Origin: Lingula anatina
Lineage: Eukaryota; Animalia; Brachiopoda
DNA: 64,000 nt
Reading direction: 5' to 3'
Assembly (NCBI GenBank): GCA_051362555.1
Contig: CM120640.1
Span: forward strand, 27,738,503 to 27,802,502
In this document: positions 13,169 to 25,416 of the stretch, in pieces
Numbering within the stretch: the stretch's first letter is position 1
How the letters are laid out: every line of letters starts with the position of its first letter
The notes under the pieces: model-generated
The model's database searches: none
The model's input: only the letters and a program-made list of their open reading frames with translations
Told to the model about the DNA's origin: nothing
Program-made: the position numbers and the translations under genes

Positions 13169-16100
13169 AATGTACGTTTTATATCTCTATCAATTATCAA
13201 TTATTGGCCTACCCTTGGGTCCATTATGCTGAATATTCGAACGCTAGGTATTAGACTTACTTTCACTTCCAGGCCGTTCCCCATTACACCAGTATCCCAT
13301 GGATCAATAATCATTGCACGGTGGAACCTGGCTGCCAGGCGCCGGTGTTTAGGTAGAGCAGGGCCCCATTCTACTGTCGGGGAGGCGAGGGTTACAATAC
13401 GCTGCGGATAAAGATAAAAACAAAGTGAATTGACTTCATGAAAAATCTGAACTACTGGTAGCGAGTCAGATTTAGTGATTTTCATTGGTAGCTTTACTAA
13501 TTGGATCTACTGACAAATACAATCATAGCATCATAGCACATGCCAATAGTACTTGAAAGATTAAGTTAACCAAAACACTTTTTTGTAAAAAAATATTTTG
13601 GACACAAAACACTTCATCTTACTTCTTTTATTTTATCATAGGGAACCACGTCCCACAAGAAGACATTAGCGGTTCCACATACTAGTGCATTCATAACATA
13701 TATAGAAGATAATATAGAAGGGGAAATGTTGTTTTGAACACTTACAGTCCACAGGCCGCCAGGTGTCACTATGAGCAGGTAGATGTATGGGATGAAGATG
13801 CCTACCACCACCGCCATGGTCATCAACCAGCCGAGTGCAAGACCCCACACTGGATACTCGTAAGTTCCAAATGACAGTGGCTTGTAGTTGATCCAGGAGA
13901 AGATCATAATAAACTGAAAGGTGGAAGCAAAAGCAGTTTCAGAGATTTCGGTCATCACTTTGGTCTTTGGAAATTTGTCATAATTTTTATTTACAACATA
14001 CGATTTTTAATACGGATTATTTTGATTATCACACGTGCTAATTATTATGCCATGTGCCATGATTTCACTTACAGCCACAAGGAGTGGAGTGAAGAAACAC
14101 CAGTTGACAGCCCACCACCACCAGGAACACATCCAAGGGAAGCAAGGCATCTCTCCAACCATCACGTAAATGTCGTCTCTGAACCGCTTTACGCCTACAA
14201 AGTAGTAACACATTGTTTGCGTAGTGAATGGATAAACTGCCAGTATGAGCAGAATTAATTGTCTTGTCTTAATGAGCAATAAAACTCAGTAAGACTGTGT
14301 CGTTTTCTTAGGCAAAAGAGTCCTTAACTTAGAGTTGTAATTTTTGGCGTTTTGGTTCAAGTCAATCCGAAGTACAAATGATTTGATATACTCATATGTT
14401 TGAAATTATTACTTTTAAAAAACTTAGATTTTAAAAAGTTACCGTATACGAGGCCAATGGCTATGCACTCCGAGAAAGCAATCAAAAGAACGTTCCAGCC
14501 CCCAGAATATTCATCCGCCAGCTGTAGTAAGTAGGCTCCACCCTGGAATAATTATCAGTTGTTTTTGTCGAATTACATCATATATAACAATTTGTGTTGG
14601 TTATTAATTTCCAAGCAAGCAATGAGACCAGGTTGTTGATTTTGTTATTTCTTGAGTATTACCGGTACGTAAGCATTCGACATTTCCGCCTTTGTTTGGG
14701 TTCAACTTGTTAACACCATTTTTTCTTAGGCTTCCATACGATCTGTTGTGTCAAGTTAATTATCCTGCATGCATTTTGTTACTATTTTATCGGGAAATGA
14801 AAAATATCACCCTGAGTTTAGTTATACGATTTCAACAACACTTTGCCTACTGGAACTACATATTTGTGGGTCCCTTTTTTTCAAGCTCATCATCAAACTG
14901 TAATGTATTACTGGGTTATGAAAAAGGCCCATGGATAGTTGATCGCAACATTTGAATAGTGTATGATCATCATCTTGTCATTTTGTGTCTATGTCAAGAA
15001 TAACTGTTTTATCACATTTGTCACAAAGGCGGATAAATTTTGCAGATATTTATTAACAGTAAAGTACGCTTGATTCCCAACTTACAGACGTGCACATAAC
15101 GAGGCCAAGCAGGTACAAGATGATGCTAACGCACGTGACCACGGCCCATTTGTGCTTCCTAGTACTGGTCCATACGTCCATGATAGAAGTGGTGACGGTT
15201 TCAACTAAGGCAAACTGTGAATATATAAATTGAAAAATCAGTATTTTGTTTTGCAAAATTCCAAGAAGAGGATATTATTAATACTTTGCGACGATGTTCT
15301 ATTGTATGTCACCCCCGTGTTTTAAGCAAAATACCATAAAGCCAGCGTTTTACTTATTATTTCTGTTTATCTATAATGCTGTTCATCTTAAAACAAAATG
15401 TCAAAATGTGAATCTTTTACTTATGTAATCATGAATATGAAACCATCTGTATAAACGTACCTCGCTGTCCAAGCCAAGTGTAATCAACATGATGAAGAAG
15501 ATGATGGACCAAAAGTGGGATGCGCCGATTGTTGCAACGGCTCGTGGATATACCACAAATGCCAGTCCGATACCTGTATTGAACAATCCACTAGTAATTA
15601 CTGGACATACACTCATCCAAATATTAGCAGTAACAAAGATCATACTGTTTAGAGAAAGGAAATTTGATGACACCCAAAGACAGTGCTAAGGAAGTGTTTG
15701 ATTATTGATAATTGATAATTTCCAATAATAATTGCGTTGCACTGGGAAATGATGCTTATTCATTTACCTCCGTCAGCAACCTCCGAAACTGGCAAATTTA
15801 GCTCGCGTGCCAGGAAACCAAGGTAGGAGAAGATGACAAAGCCGGCAAAGAAACTCGTTAGACAGTTGCCGATGGAAACAATCAAAGAGTCTCTGAAAAT
15901 GATAATAAATTAAAATAAATCACATTTTGCGAGAAATATATTTGCCAGTGGAACATATTCTTTCTGGAGCAATTTTCTGTTTAAAAACAGTAACACTTAC
16001 ATTAAATAGAATTGCCTCAATTTATTTTATTTTATTTTATTTTATTTTATTTTATTTTATTTATTTATTTATTTATTTATTTTATTTTTGTAAAAATATC

Positions 16101-19100
16101 CTTTGTCTTACATCAGCAATCCTCTATAGGATAAGTCACCATATTAAAATAAATACTGTAACATTTACCTCAGACAGTTATTATGGAAGCGATTATAGCT
16201 AGAGAGGGTAATCAGCCCACCCCATGAGGCTGACAGTGAGAAGAAGATCTGAACAGCCGCATCTTTCCAGACAGCTGCTTCAGTCAACTTGGTAAGGTTC
16301 GCCTGCATGATGTAAAACTCAATCCCTTCTCTGTGACCATCAAGGAGAAGTCCGCGGACAAACAGAATGACCAAGACGACATATGGAAAAAGTGCGGTGA
16401 AATAGACAACCTGAAAAACAACGATTGATTCAAGATGTTAATTCCATTTGATGTTTATTAAGACACTACCTTTGCATGCGTTTCAACTACTCTTTTTTTA
16501 AAATAATAATAAAAAACAGTCGCGTACCGTTTGAACAACTTGAGTCTAACCACTCTTTAAAATCTCTTAGTTTGATCTGAGTATCTAGACTTTCATAAAA
16601 TCTATTTAAAATGAAATATAGATATTTAGATTCGACGCTTGTACACAGTGGTTTTCCCAGTCAAAACGACTATAACTGACAATTAAATATATGATAAATT
16701 ATCTATATGTAATAGTATTTGTTACGCACTTTTCCTGATGACTTTATCCCCTTGATCAAACTGAGAGCCACAATAACCCAGGCTCCCAGGAGCGATACAG
16801 CCAGGTCCCAGTGCAGCTCTCCTAAATTATCCAGACCAGTGCTCTGGTATAGTCGCCACACGCGACCACTGCAGAGATAAATTAATAATTGCATTATTAA
16901 TTAATGACAAAAATATCTTGACATGCCCATTCCAAAATCCTAAACATTTGATCAGGTATGTCATTTGAACTATATAAAATTTAAATGTGGACTTATATGT
17001 TTAAGACGGCGTATGAAAAAGTAATTACGAACTAGCTTATGGGTTTACTCTGGACGTTCGAAGGAAGAATTCTTGGCATCATGTTAACTTTTTTATCCAG
17101 GAGAAATTATGAATCGGGGAAACACCTTCGTATACAGTGTTATGAATGGGTGAAAGGTTAAAAGATGAGATTGAAGCAAACACAAAAAGGCGATTAAGAT
17201 TAGTTCCATTGAGTATATCGCGCAATTAGCTCGTTTTCTGTGCATCCAATAGTTCAAAGCACATATAGCTTACTATAAGTATTCTTCTGCTGCTGGTCGA
17301 GGACTGATATTATTTTCCTTGGCTCTTGTGTAATTCCAGATACCAGCAACAACCGACCCATTATAACAGACGCCATTAGCACTTTCTGTAAGTGACATTG
17401 CTGAACAATTGTGGGAGGTGAGGTTCGTCAAGGTTTCCGCACAAACTAAAAAGGAAAAAAAAAATACTTGATTTAAACGGAATATTTACCCGCAACGAGT
17501 GGGCTTGTGTGAACAACTGAGAGCTGATATACCAGAAAAAATAAAAGATTGTAAAGCAAGTACCTTTCCTCCACAGCACAGACACCCATGCATAACCACA
17601 CGCGCGAACGCGCTCGAGCTATCACACTCACACGCAAACATACATACAAAGCCGGTTTTGCAAACAAATGCGCGAATAAAAAACCTATACCTAATTCTAA
17701 ATGAAGCAGTTCTTGGGATATTTTACAAAAATATTGTTTAACTCACAATCCGAGTTCCACCAGTTCCCACATCCACCGGCGCCGGCCCAGGGCAGCGTCC
17801 CGGTCGGGATGGAGATGATAGACGCAAACAGATAATAGAGCGACCAGGCGATGATCATGTTGTAATATATAGCAACCAACGCCGACACGATCACCATCCC
17901 AACACCAAGACCTGAATATAAAGATTTGCACATGAAAAATAATCTATGAAACATAATGATAGTGTAAAATAGCATGACGATTCAGATGTGTAAAGCAACA
18001 TTTTACCATTGTTAGATTAACCTTAACTCATTGCACTATAAGTTTGAACGTATATTCAGTTTTAGATACCATCGCAGTCATCAGTTTTGTCACCCTATCG
18101 TGTTAATATATTGGGATTTGCCGAATTCTCTTTAGACAACCTGTGCTTATATCTAACAGATTTTTGTTAAATCATTTTTGATAATACATACTTTTACAAA
18201 ATTTTAAAGATATTTGAAGCAAGGGTGGAATTCTGGTACAGTGTACGTCGCACATGTAAGATGGTCTTAAACATATTTAAAATGTATTTTGAGTGTTAAA
18301 TCCGTTTGAGTGTTGTTTGATAAGGGCTAGATAATTACTGAAGACGGCAAAATTTTCGTTTGTTGCATTTTGTTGTATCGAAATCTTGTACAATGTAAAA
18401 ATATTGAATTGTCGATTTCCGACATCCAGGATTCATAAAATTGTGACGGAACATACTCGTCTTACCTGTAAACATTGGTGCAAATTTCCAACACGTTAAG
18501 GGTCCGCTGCTTGTGAACTGACCAAGTGATAACTCCAGAAAAAATATTGGCATACCCACCAGAAATAACATGATGCAGTAGGGGATGAAGAACACAGCTG
18601 TAAAGAAAAGAGAAAAAAAAAATGCTGCAATATTTCATTACCAGAAAGTATAGGGGCAATGCAAAGTTCATAAAAGCGGCCTTTGTGTATACGATACTTT
18701 TCTTTTAAGCCAATATCAACTTTACTATTCCCAATCAACCACCATTCCCAAACCAGCACTTTTTTAGTTTTTGGATTATCCAACAAAATAGACAAGCAAC
18801 AATCTCAAGTTAAGAGTTTTTATATCGAAATTTGATGTTTCGTTCTACGTACAATATAGTTTTAGCTGTCTTAAATATCACTTATTAAAGCCTCATATAT
18901 ATATATATAAAGGTTATTAATCTCAAAACTGGCTTTATTTTACCAAAAAATTGCCTTTGCCATTTCAGAACGGATGATGTATATATATTACAAGTTAATG
19001 AGTAAGAGTAGCTCTAAACACTTTTAATCAGATTTTATAAATAGAATTTTATCAGTTAAGACACACATGTAAAGATAACCGTATATGGAGATGTAAATCA

Positions 19101-22100
19101 GTGATTTCACTTCCTGGATTTCTTACTGAAAGAGATATTTCATGTTGCAATTCTTCACACTTACCTCCTCCATTTCTATAGCAAAGGTATGGGAACCGCC
19201 AGACGTTCCCCAAACCAACAGCATAGCCTAGACAGGCCAAAAGAAAGTCCGCTTTCCCTGACCAATTTCCACGTTCTTCGTTTTCATCTTTAGTGAAGTC
19301 AAGCTTTCTGTCTTCTTCAATTATTGAAGCAGCCTGAAAAATGATTTATATATTCTTTTTTACAGAACTTTGCTTCAGTGGTAGTGATTAGATTATCTTC
19401 ATCGGTTTGCACTGTTATGTATATGGGTTTGCAAAATAAATACCTATATGTTAAAGAAAGCTAATGTATTAGGCCTACTTTCATAGAACTGCGACTGTAG
19501 TTGGGATGTAATCAAACGAATCTTAGGTTCGAGCGACACCACCATTTGGTTTAGTACAAATTTTTTTTAGGTTAACCATAAACTTTTAAGGTGAATTCTT
19601 AATTAAGTGCCATTTCGAAGTATAATATAAAAATATCTTCCAAGAAATATGACACCTTTATTTTTTCGAAAATCAAGCTTGACAGTTTAGATTGTTTAGT
19701 CTTCTTGGAAGCACCCATAGAAAGCTCATTTTCTCCGGATATACCTGCATCTATCGAATACGAGTATCAACTAAAGCAAGTAACGGAAGCAAAAATGCAC
19801 CATAGGTCTTCAAAATACAGTAAGGTTTACAATGCCACGTGGTTAAGCAATATCACAGGGAAGACAAAGCAATATGATCTACGGAAATTCAGACGATAAC
19901 AAATGGTCTATACGAGCACTTCTTTCCAAACTGTACATACCGCAATAACGTATATCAGTTTCTATAGAATTAATTGCTAAAAAAGGGTTTTCGCTGCCCA
20001 GAATTTCAAAGTTTTACACATATTACTACAGCCAACTAAGGTATATTCATTGGGTAAGGTCAAAACCGTACTAACAAGTACTAAAAATAGTGTGACTGAC
20101 TTCATGTCCCGTTGAGTCCCTTAAAACTTGCCCTAGAATTCTACCCCTCCCCCCCCCCCACCCGAATTCAGGCATTAGATCGGTATGTGTGATGAAGTCA
20201 GATAGTACATTTTCCAAGTTTGTACGGTGTTGATTGCGTTTTAGATACAACAGCGCATATCTACCAGTGTAGCCTACAGTATGCCTACTAAGTCACTATA
20301 GTATTGCATCACGGTCAATGCTTCAATAGATTGGGACAAATAAAGCAAGGGTAGTGTATTTATACAGCAACTTATCATTTCATATTATTTCTATATTATA
20401 AAGCAATGGAGCACAGCAGGTATGGGATATTGTAAGACTGCACTAAATCTGCAACAAGAGAAAGAAAACAGCGCAAAACGAGGACACGGGGAACTGGCAT
20501 CCATACACCTTGTCTACCTTGCTCACTCCATACGGGGCGTGAAAACGCAACATCTCTAGGTCTAAACTTTGAACCTCTGGCTAAAATAAAATATAAACGT
20601 GCATGGCATTTGAGTCGTGTGAGATTTCAAAAAACATCTCTGCTCTATTTTCCACGGGCCGTCGCCTTAATCGCCTTAAACATCACAAAAAAGGGTAAAA
20701 GAAAACATGACACCTGAGAGGTCTGCCCAAGCTAACTGGTTTTCCCACGCATAATATAGATATAACATTATATCTATATTAAGTTTGGAGCCTTCAGGGG
20801 TACAATGTACAAATAAATAGTAGTGCCCTGACTCTGTTGTTCCCTAGCTACGACATCCCTCCGTTATGTTCAATCGTACTCGCAAGACATATGTAGTCAA
20901 AAACCGAATCAGATCATGTTGGGTAACATATGATTTTTAAAGGCCAACCTAATTTCTAAACAAACATGGCGAAGCAGCCTTACATGAAAAAAACATGCAG
21001 CCTATTGTATAATGAGTACATTTTGTGGAAAATATCAGGGTCTATTGCAATATTGTAATGGTAAGACGTTTACCTATCAATTTCAGTTTTATTCAGTGAA
21101 ATACCCCTAATATATTCTTCTTAAGAAATGCATCAGGACGATTGTTAAGATCTTGACACAAAAGGAGCAACTACAAAAATCCAAATACATTTCTGATACT
21201 AATGTCAAAAGTTGGGATTTGGGTACATAAGCCAAATGTGAAGCACCCTTTAAGGTAATGTTTCTTTAAACAACATATGTAACCTAATCAAACGGAACCA
21301 AAAGCCCTTGCACCCCTTATATTTCATCGGCAAATACAATTTATTTTTGCTTCCCATAACATGGTAGTAGACTATAGGCCATAGGGCAGCTGCATATCAA
21401 TATAGAAAATGAAAGTGACAAAGTTATGAATTTCACAGCTTGTCGGCGAAGACTTTGTCATTTTTCTAAGAAATGCTAAAACGTCCCAATTTAATGATAC
21501 TGTATTACAGTTGGTTAGGACTGAGAAGGTGCCACGGGGTGGTTATCAATATGAATAAAAGGGCGCGGTTCATTGTGACTGAGGGATTATGGTTTGCGAC
21601 CCTTCAAAGAAAGAGGTCTATAATATATAAAAGCCGGTGTATGGCGGACACACCCGGTGAGTTATATTCAGAGTGCTACGTCCCACGCTGGCGTGCTGAA
21701 TAGACGTGTTACATACCGGTACCATATATGATATAAAAGAAGCGCAAAACCGTAATCAGGAAAAGGATCAAGAATGATCAACAGTACTCTGTATGGACAT
21801 AATTCCCCGCGCTCTTTCTTTCCGGTGAACTACTCGCACAGTCTTTCTATTCATCCATTGAGTAATTAATACATGAGTAATTAAAACTTTTGCATGCAAA
21901 CAGTAGGCTCGGTCAGACAGACGATAGGCCAAGTGTGGTAAGTGTAAAGTATAAATAAAAGCCCTTTGCTGAAAATTATTTTCTGTCATGTTAATTTATA
22001 TATGCTTACTGGCAAGATATCTATACTACTGTATACCCCAAGGAAGAAATTTGACACTTATGTATCGTAACATAAACAGCTCATTTAGGCAATCATGCAC

Positions 22101-23331
22101 TTACCTGCTCATGTTTCCTTTTCTTCCCATCTATGAAAACGACATTCTGAGGCTGAGAAAAGAAATAACCGTGAAGTGAAAACATGAATTGAAAGTGTTG
22201 CAGTAGGGAGATGTTTTACATTTTAGTGTTGTATTGTCATTTATAAATGTGCAAGCATTCGAAACCTTAATCACTCAAAGGCCATTTTATTCTGAAGATG
22301 TTCATCGTTGAATGACCACACAAATTAATTGCACTGGTTGCTATGGTATGTACCTCAACAATCACATGTGTTGCTTCACAGTTTGTAATTACTAACTTCA
22401 GTTCAAGTGACAAATTACTACAGAGTCATCATAAAGTCACTATTCCGGAACCTTAAGTGCAAACACAGTTATTAAATGGTTTTAATTTCGTTAAAAAACC
22501 AATTGGGATTCAATCATATTAATAAGTTTACAATTTATGCGATCAATGAGTTAATGGCCGCGTTATTGTTGTATGCAAATGAGTCACTTTCACTCGCGCC
22601 AGGACACGCCCTTTGGCACCTTTCACAGGGTAAGAGGCCAAGTCTTTTTTTCTTTTTCTGATGAACTTTAATCACTGGAGATTCCAACGACAAAATTTGC
22701 CGTGGATAACATAATTATCGTAAAATTCATAAACGATGACTATGCAGTCTAATCTGGATACCTGTAATTGAGTTAGAATGTCAGGTAGGTTTTAAATGCC
22801 TTTCAACAAAAAGTAAAAAGGCGACAAACTTTGACGAGATATTTTAGCATGTACCCCGGTACTGCAAACGTGTCGCAGCAAGGTGTCGTTATATGATGTT
22901 ACGATGACTGCAGATGATCACACTCAAAACCAGTCCAAGCCACATTTCACTGGCATTGTATACGCGCTGTGCATGACTGCGGAAAATAACAATGGCTCAC
23001 CCTAACAAAAGGCGGCATACACTCCAAAGATATTGAATACCCAAGGTAGCCATGTTTGCTCCACTCACCAACTAATTTTCTCGTAGACTTTAAAATTAGT
23101 AACTCCGCGTCCTGCCAGCACGAAATAATTTCATAGAACATACATTTTCTCTCTAAAGAGCGTGGTACATTACATATTCCCCGACTGTTATAGTATTAGA
23201 ATCTTTGGTCAAGTTTCCGCCCATTGATATAACTTCCCAATGATTAAGAAGGACCACACCCAATCGTTGGTTATCTCGGTGTAACACTATACACGATACT
23301 CCATAATACTCACTTTTTCATCGGACGACAT
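12768..23331 (-). CDS. SLC6 Na+/Cl- dependent amino-acid transporter, glycine transporter-like (SLC6A5/SLC6A9/SLC6A7 group), about 669 aa, 15 exons
   Basis: Exons 23314-23331 (MSSDEK; least certain), 19165-19333, 18466-18597, 17747-17911, 17274-17445, 16730-16868, 16169-16410, 15768-15892, 15461-15573, 15086-15214, 14443-14542, 14073-14194, 13746-13913, 13261-13401, 12768-12842 (TGA). Sum 2010 nt, all phases match. Motifs [78 protein letters not shown]. Confidence 0.95.
13088..13165. repeat. Poly-T followed by (TG)n microsatellite in the last SLC6 intron
   Basis: Direct observation. Confidence 0.95.
16020..16089. repeat. (TTTTA)n/(TTTA)n microsatellite
   Basis: Direct observation. Confidence 0.9.
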
Positions 23332-24783
23332 TGTGCTTTAACTCAAATTCTCAATTTTGCTTAGAATTAAAAAGATTCATAAAAGTCAACATTTACATCA
23401 TAAATGAACGTCCCCAGACATATGCAAATAGTCTGAGTCGCTGTGTGATTGGTGCAGTTCTTTATTTTACCTGTGGTGTTTGCCCTCGCAGATAAGTGTC
23501 AAGCTGACTCTCTAGCCTGTCAACTGAATCCTGCAGATCGCTCACTTTTGACTTCAACTCTTCGGGTTTCTTATTTTCCGACATGGCGGGTTTCCCTCTC
23601 CCTGTACAATTCAGAGTCCGTGTTCAGCAACTGTGCATTACCTGTTTGCTATAATTGGGAAAGGTCGGTAAACGACTGACAGGGAGCGCTCCTGTGGCGA
23701 AATATTTGCTCTAATACCCATTGTTACTCAAGCATTTAAATCACAAAAGAGACTTTGGTCACATGGGCGTTGGTTATTATTGGTGGGAAAGCTACCTTTT
23801 GCCGTCACCGTTTACACACCTAGCTCTGTGTTCATATGCAAATACGCGATCGATCGAGTGCTACTCGGGGCTTACATTTCAACGAAAAGAAGCCCAAGTA
23901 TGCGAAATCTACTAAGTGTTTATCTTACTATTTATATGATTAAGCAGACTGCATTTCCCGACCAAACAGAGATTTACTACATTTGACATTAACACATGAT
24001 ACCGGTAGTAGAAAGAGCGAAATGATATCCGCGAACTCGCGTTTCTTGTAAGCTTGCAAGCTTCACATTTTTACTTTACCTTTTCTTATATTCGGCACAT
24101 TTCATAACAAAGTACAAGTGGAGGAATGGTACTTTTCGTTTCATTACACTGTGTATTAAATATTGAACTTCCGTCGAAAGAAATTTGCACTTTTTTAAAG
24201 GCTCATTTGGGGTTTTGCCATTTTCTCAAATTTCAGGCCAGCTACAGAGAATATTTAAAAGGCAAAGTAAAAGTAAAGCAATAGGACTAAAAACCGTTCT
24301 TCTTTTTTTCTCTGTGTACCTTTGATTTATTTCTCAAAATAAAATGATTAAAATTAAAATCGTTTTATGGAACATTCTAATCTATCACTTGGTTAATACA
24401 TGTCAATGAGAAATGTAACAGGCAAATGAATAACATGAAAAGGGATTAATCCGGCAAAGGCAATGAATGAAAGTATCAAAACGACTGTATAACATGATTA
24501 TTCAAATGACAGATGTGCAGGGAACGAGGAGGATTAAAAAAATTGGTGAAGCAAAAGAGAAAAAAATTAAAAATACATTTCGGGTAATGCTATTTATTTT
24601 AAAGGCCTATCATATACACATGTACCAAATGCTGGTACAAGTGAATAGACAGGTTATGGGAGTCATTGTTTTATAGATGCAAAATAGAAAATATTTGCAA
24701 TTGGTACGAAATGAATTTGAACATCTTTTGGGCACTTTCTGATTGTAGTTCCAAAACCCCTTCCTTACAACATTACAACCACT

Positions 24784-24787
<4 letters not shown>

Positions 24788-24862
<75 letters not shown>

Positions 24863-24866
24863 TTTT
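24788..24866. repeat. (AT)n microsatellite plus poly-T
   Basis: Direct observation. Confidence 0.95.
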
Positions 24867-25416
24867 ACACAAAAACGGTCTTCATAAATTTATACGCATA
24901 AATAGAGAATACTGTGAACTTTGCAATATTTCAATGCATTGCTTGCAGGACTTTTCGCAAGTAGTAAAATGTCTTATTCGTTTACACAAAAATCTTTAAT
25001 TGTTATTTAAACTACCTTTTTTGTAATTCATTGTAAATAACGTGTTTTCAACCTGCCTTGAACGGCTAATAACCTTGATGTCTGACAATACAGCAGTATT
25101 GAAAAAGAGCGTTTTTTGATAAAGAACAACCCTTGCGGCAGTAGTGTTGCGATGATTTTCATTTCGTATCATTTGCGAATATTTTGTCTACGGAGCACTT
25201 TCATAAGAACGGACAAATCACTTTGCACATTTTTCAGTTTCAACTGGTTGAGAATTTTTTTCGCGGCCATAATCGATGAACAGATTTCTTACTACTATTG
25301 TAGAGGACGAATAGAGTTAGAATAAATGAGTTTTTTTATTATAATAGTCATTCATAGTCCTTTCTCGTCAGTGGTGGTGAATTTCGTTATCTTGATGTAC
25401 TCTTGCAAGTAGAAAC

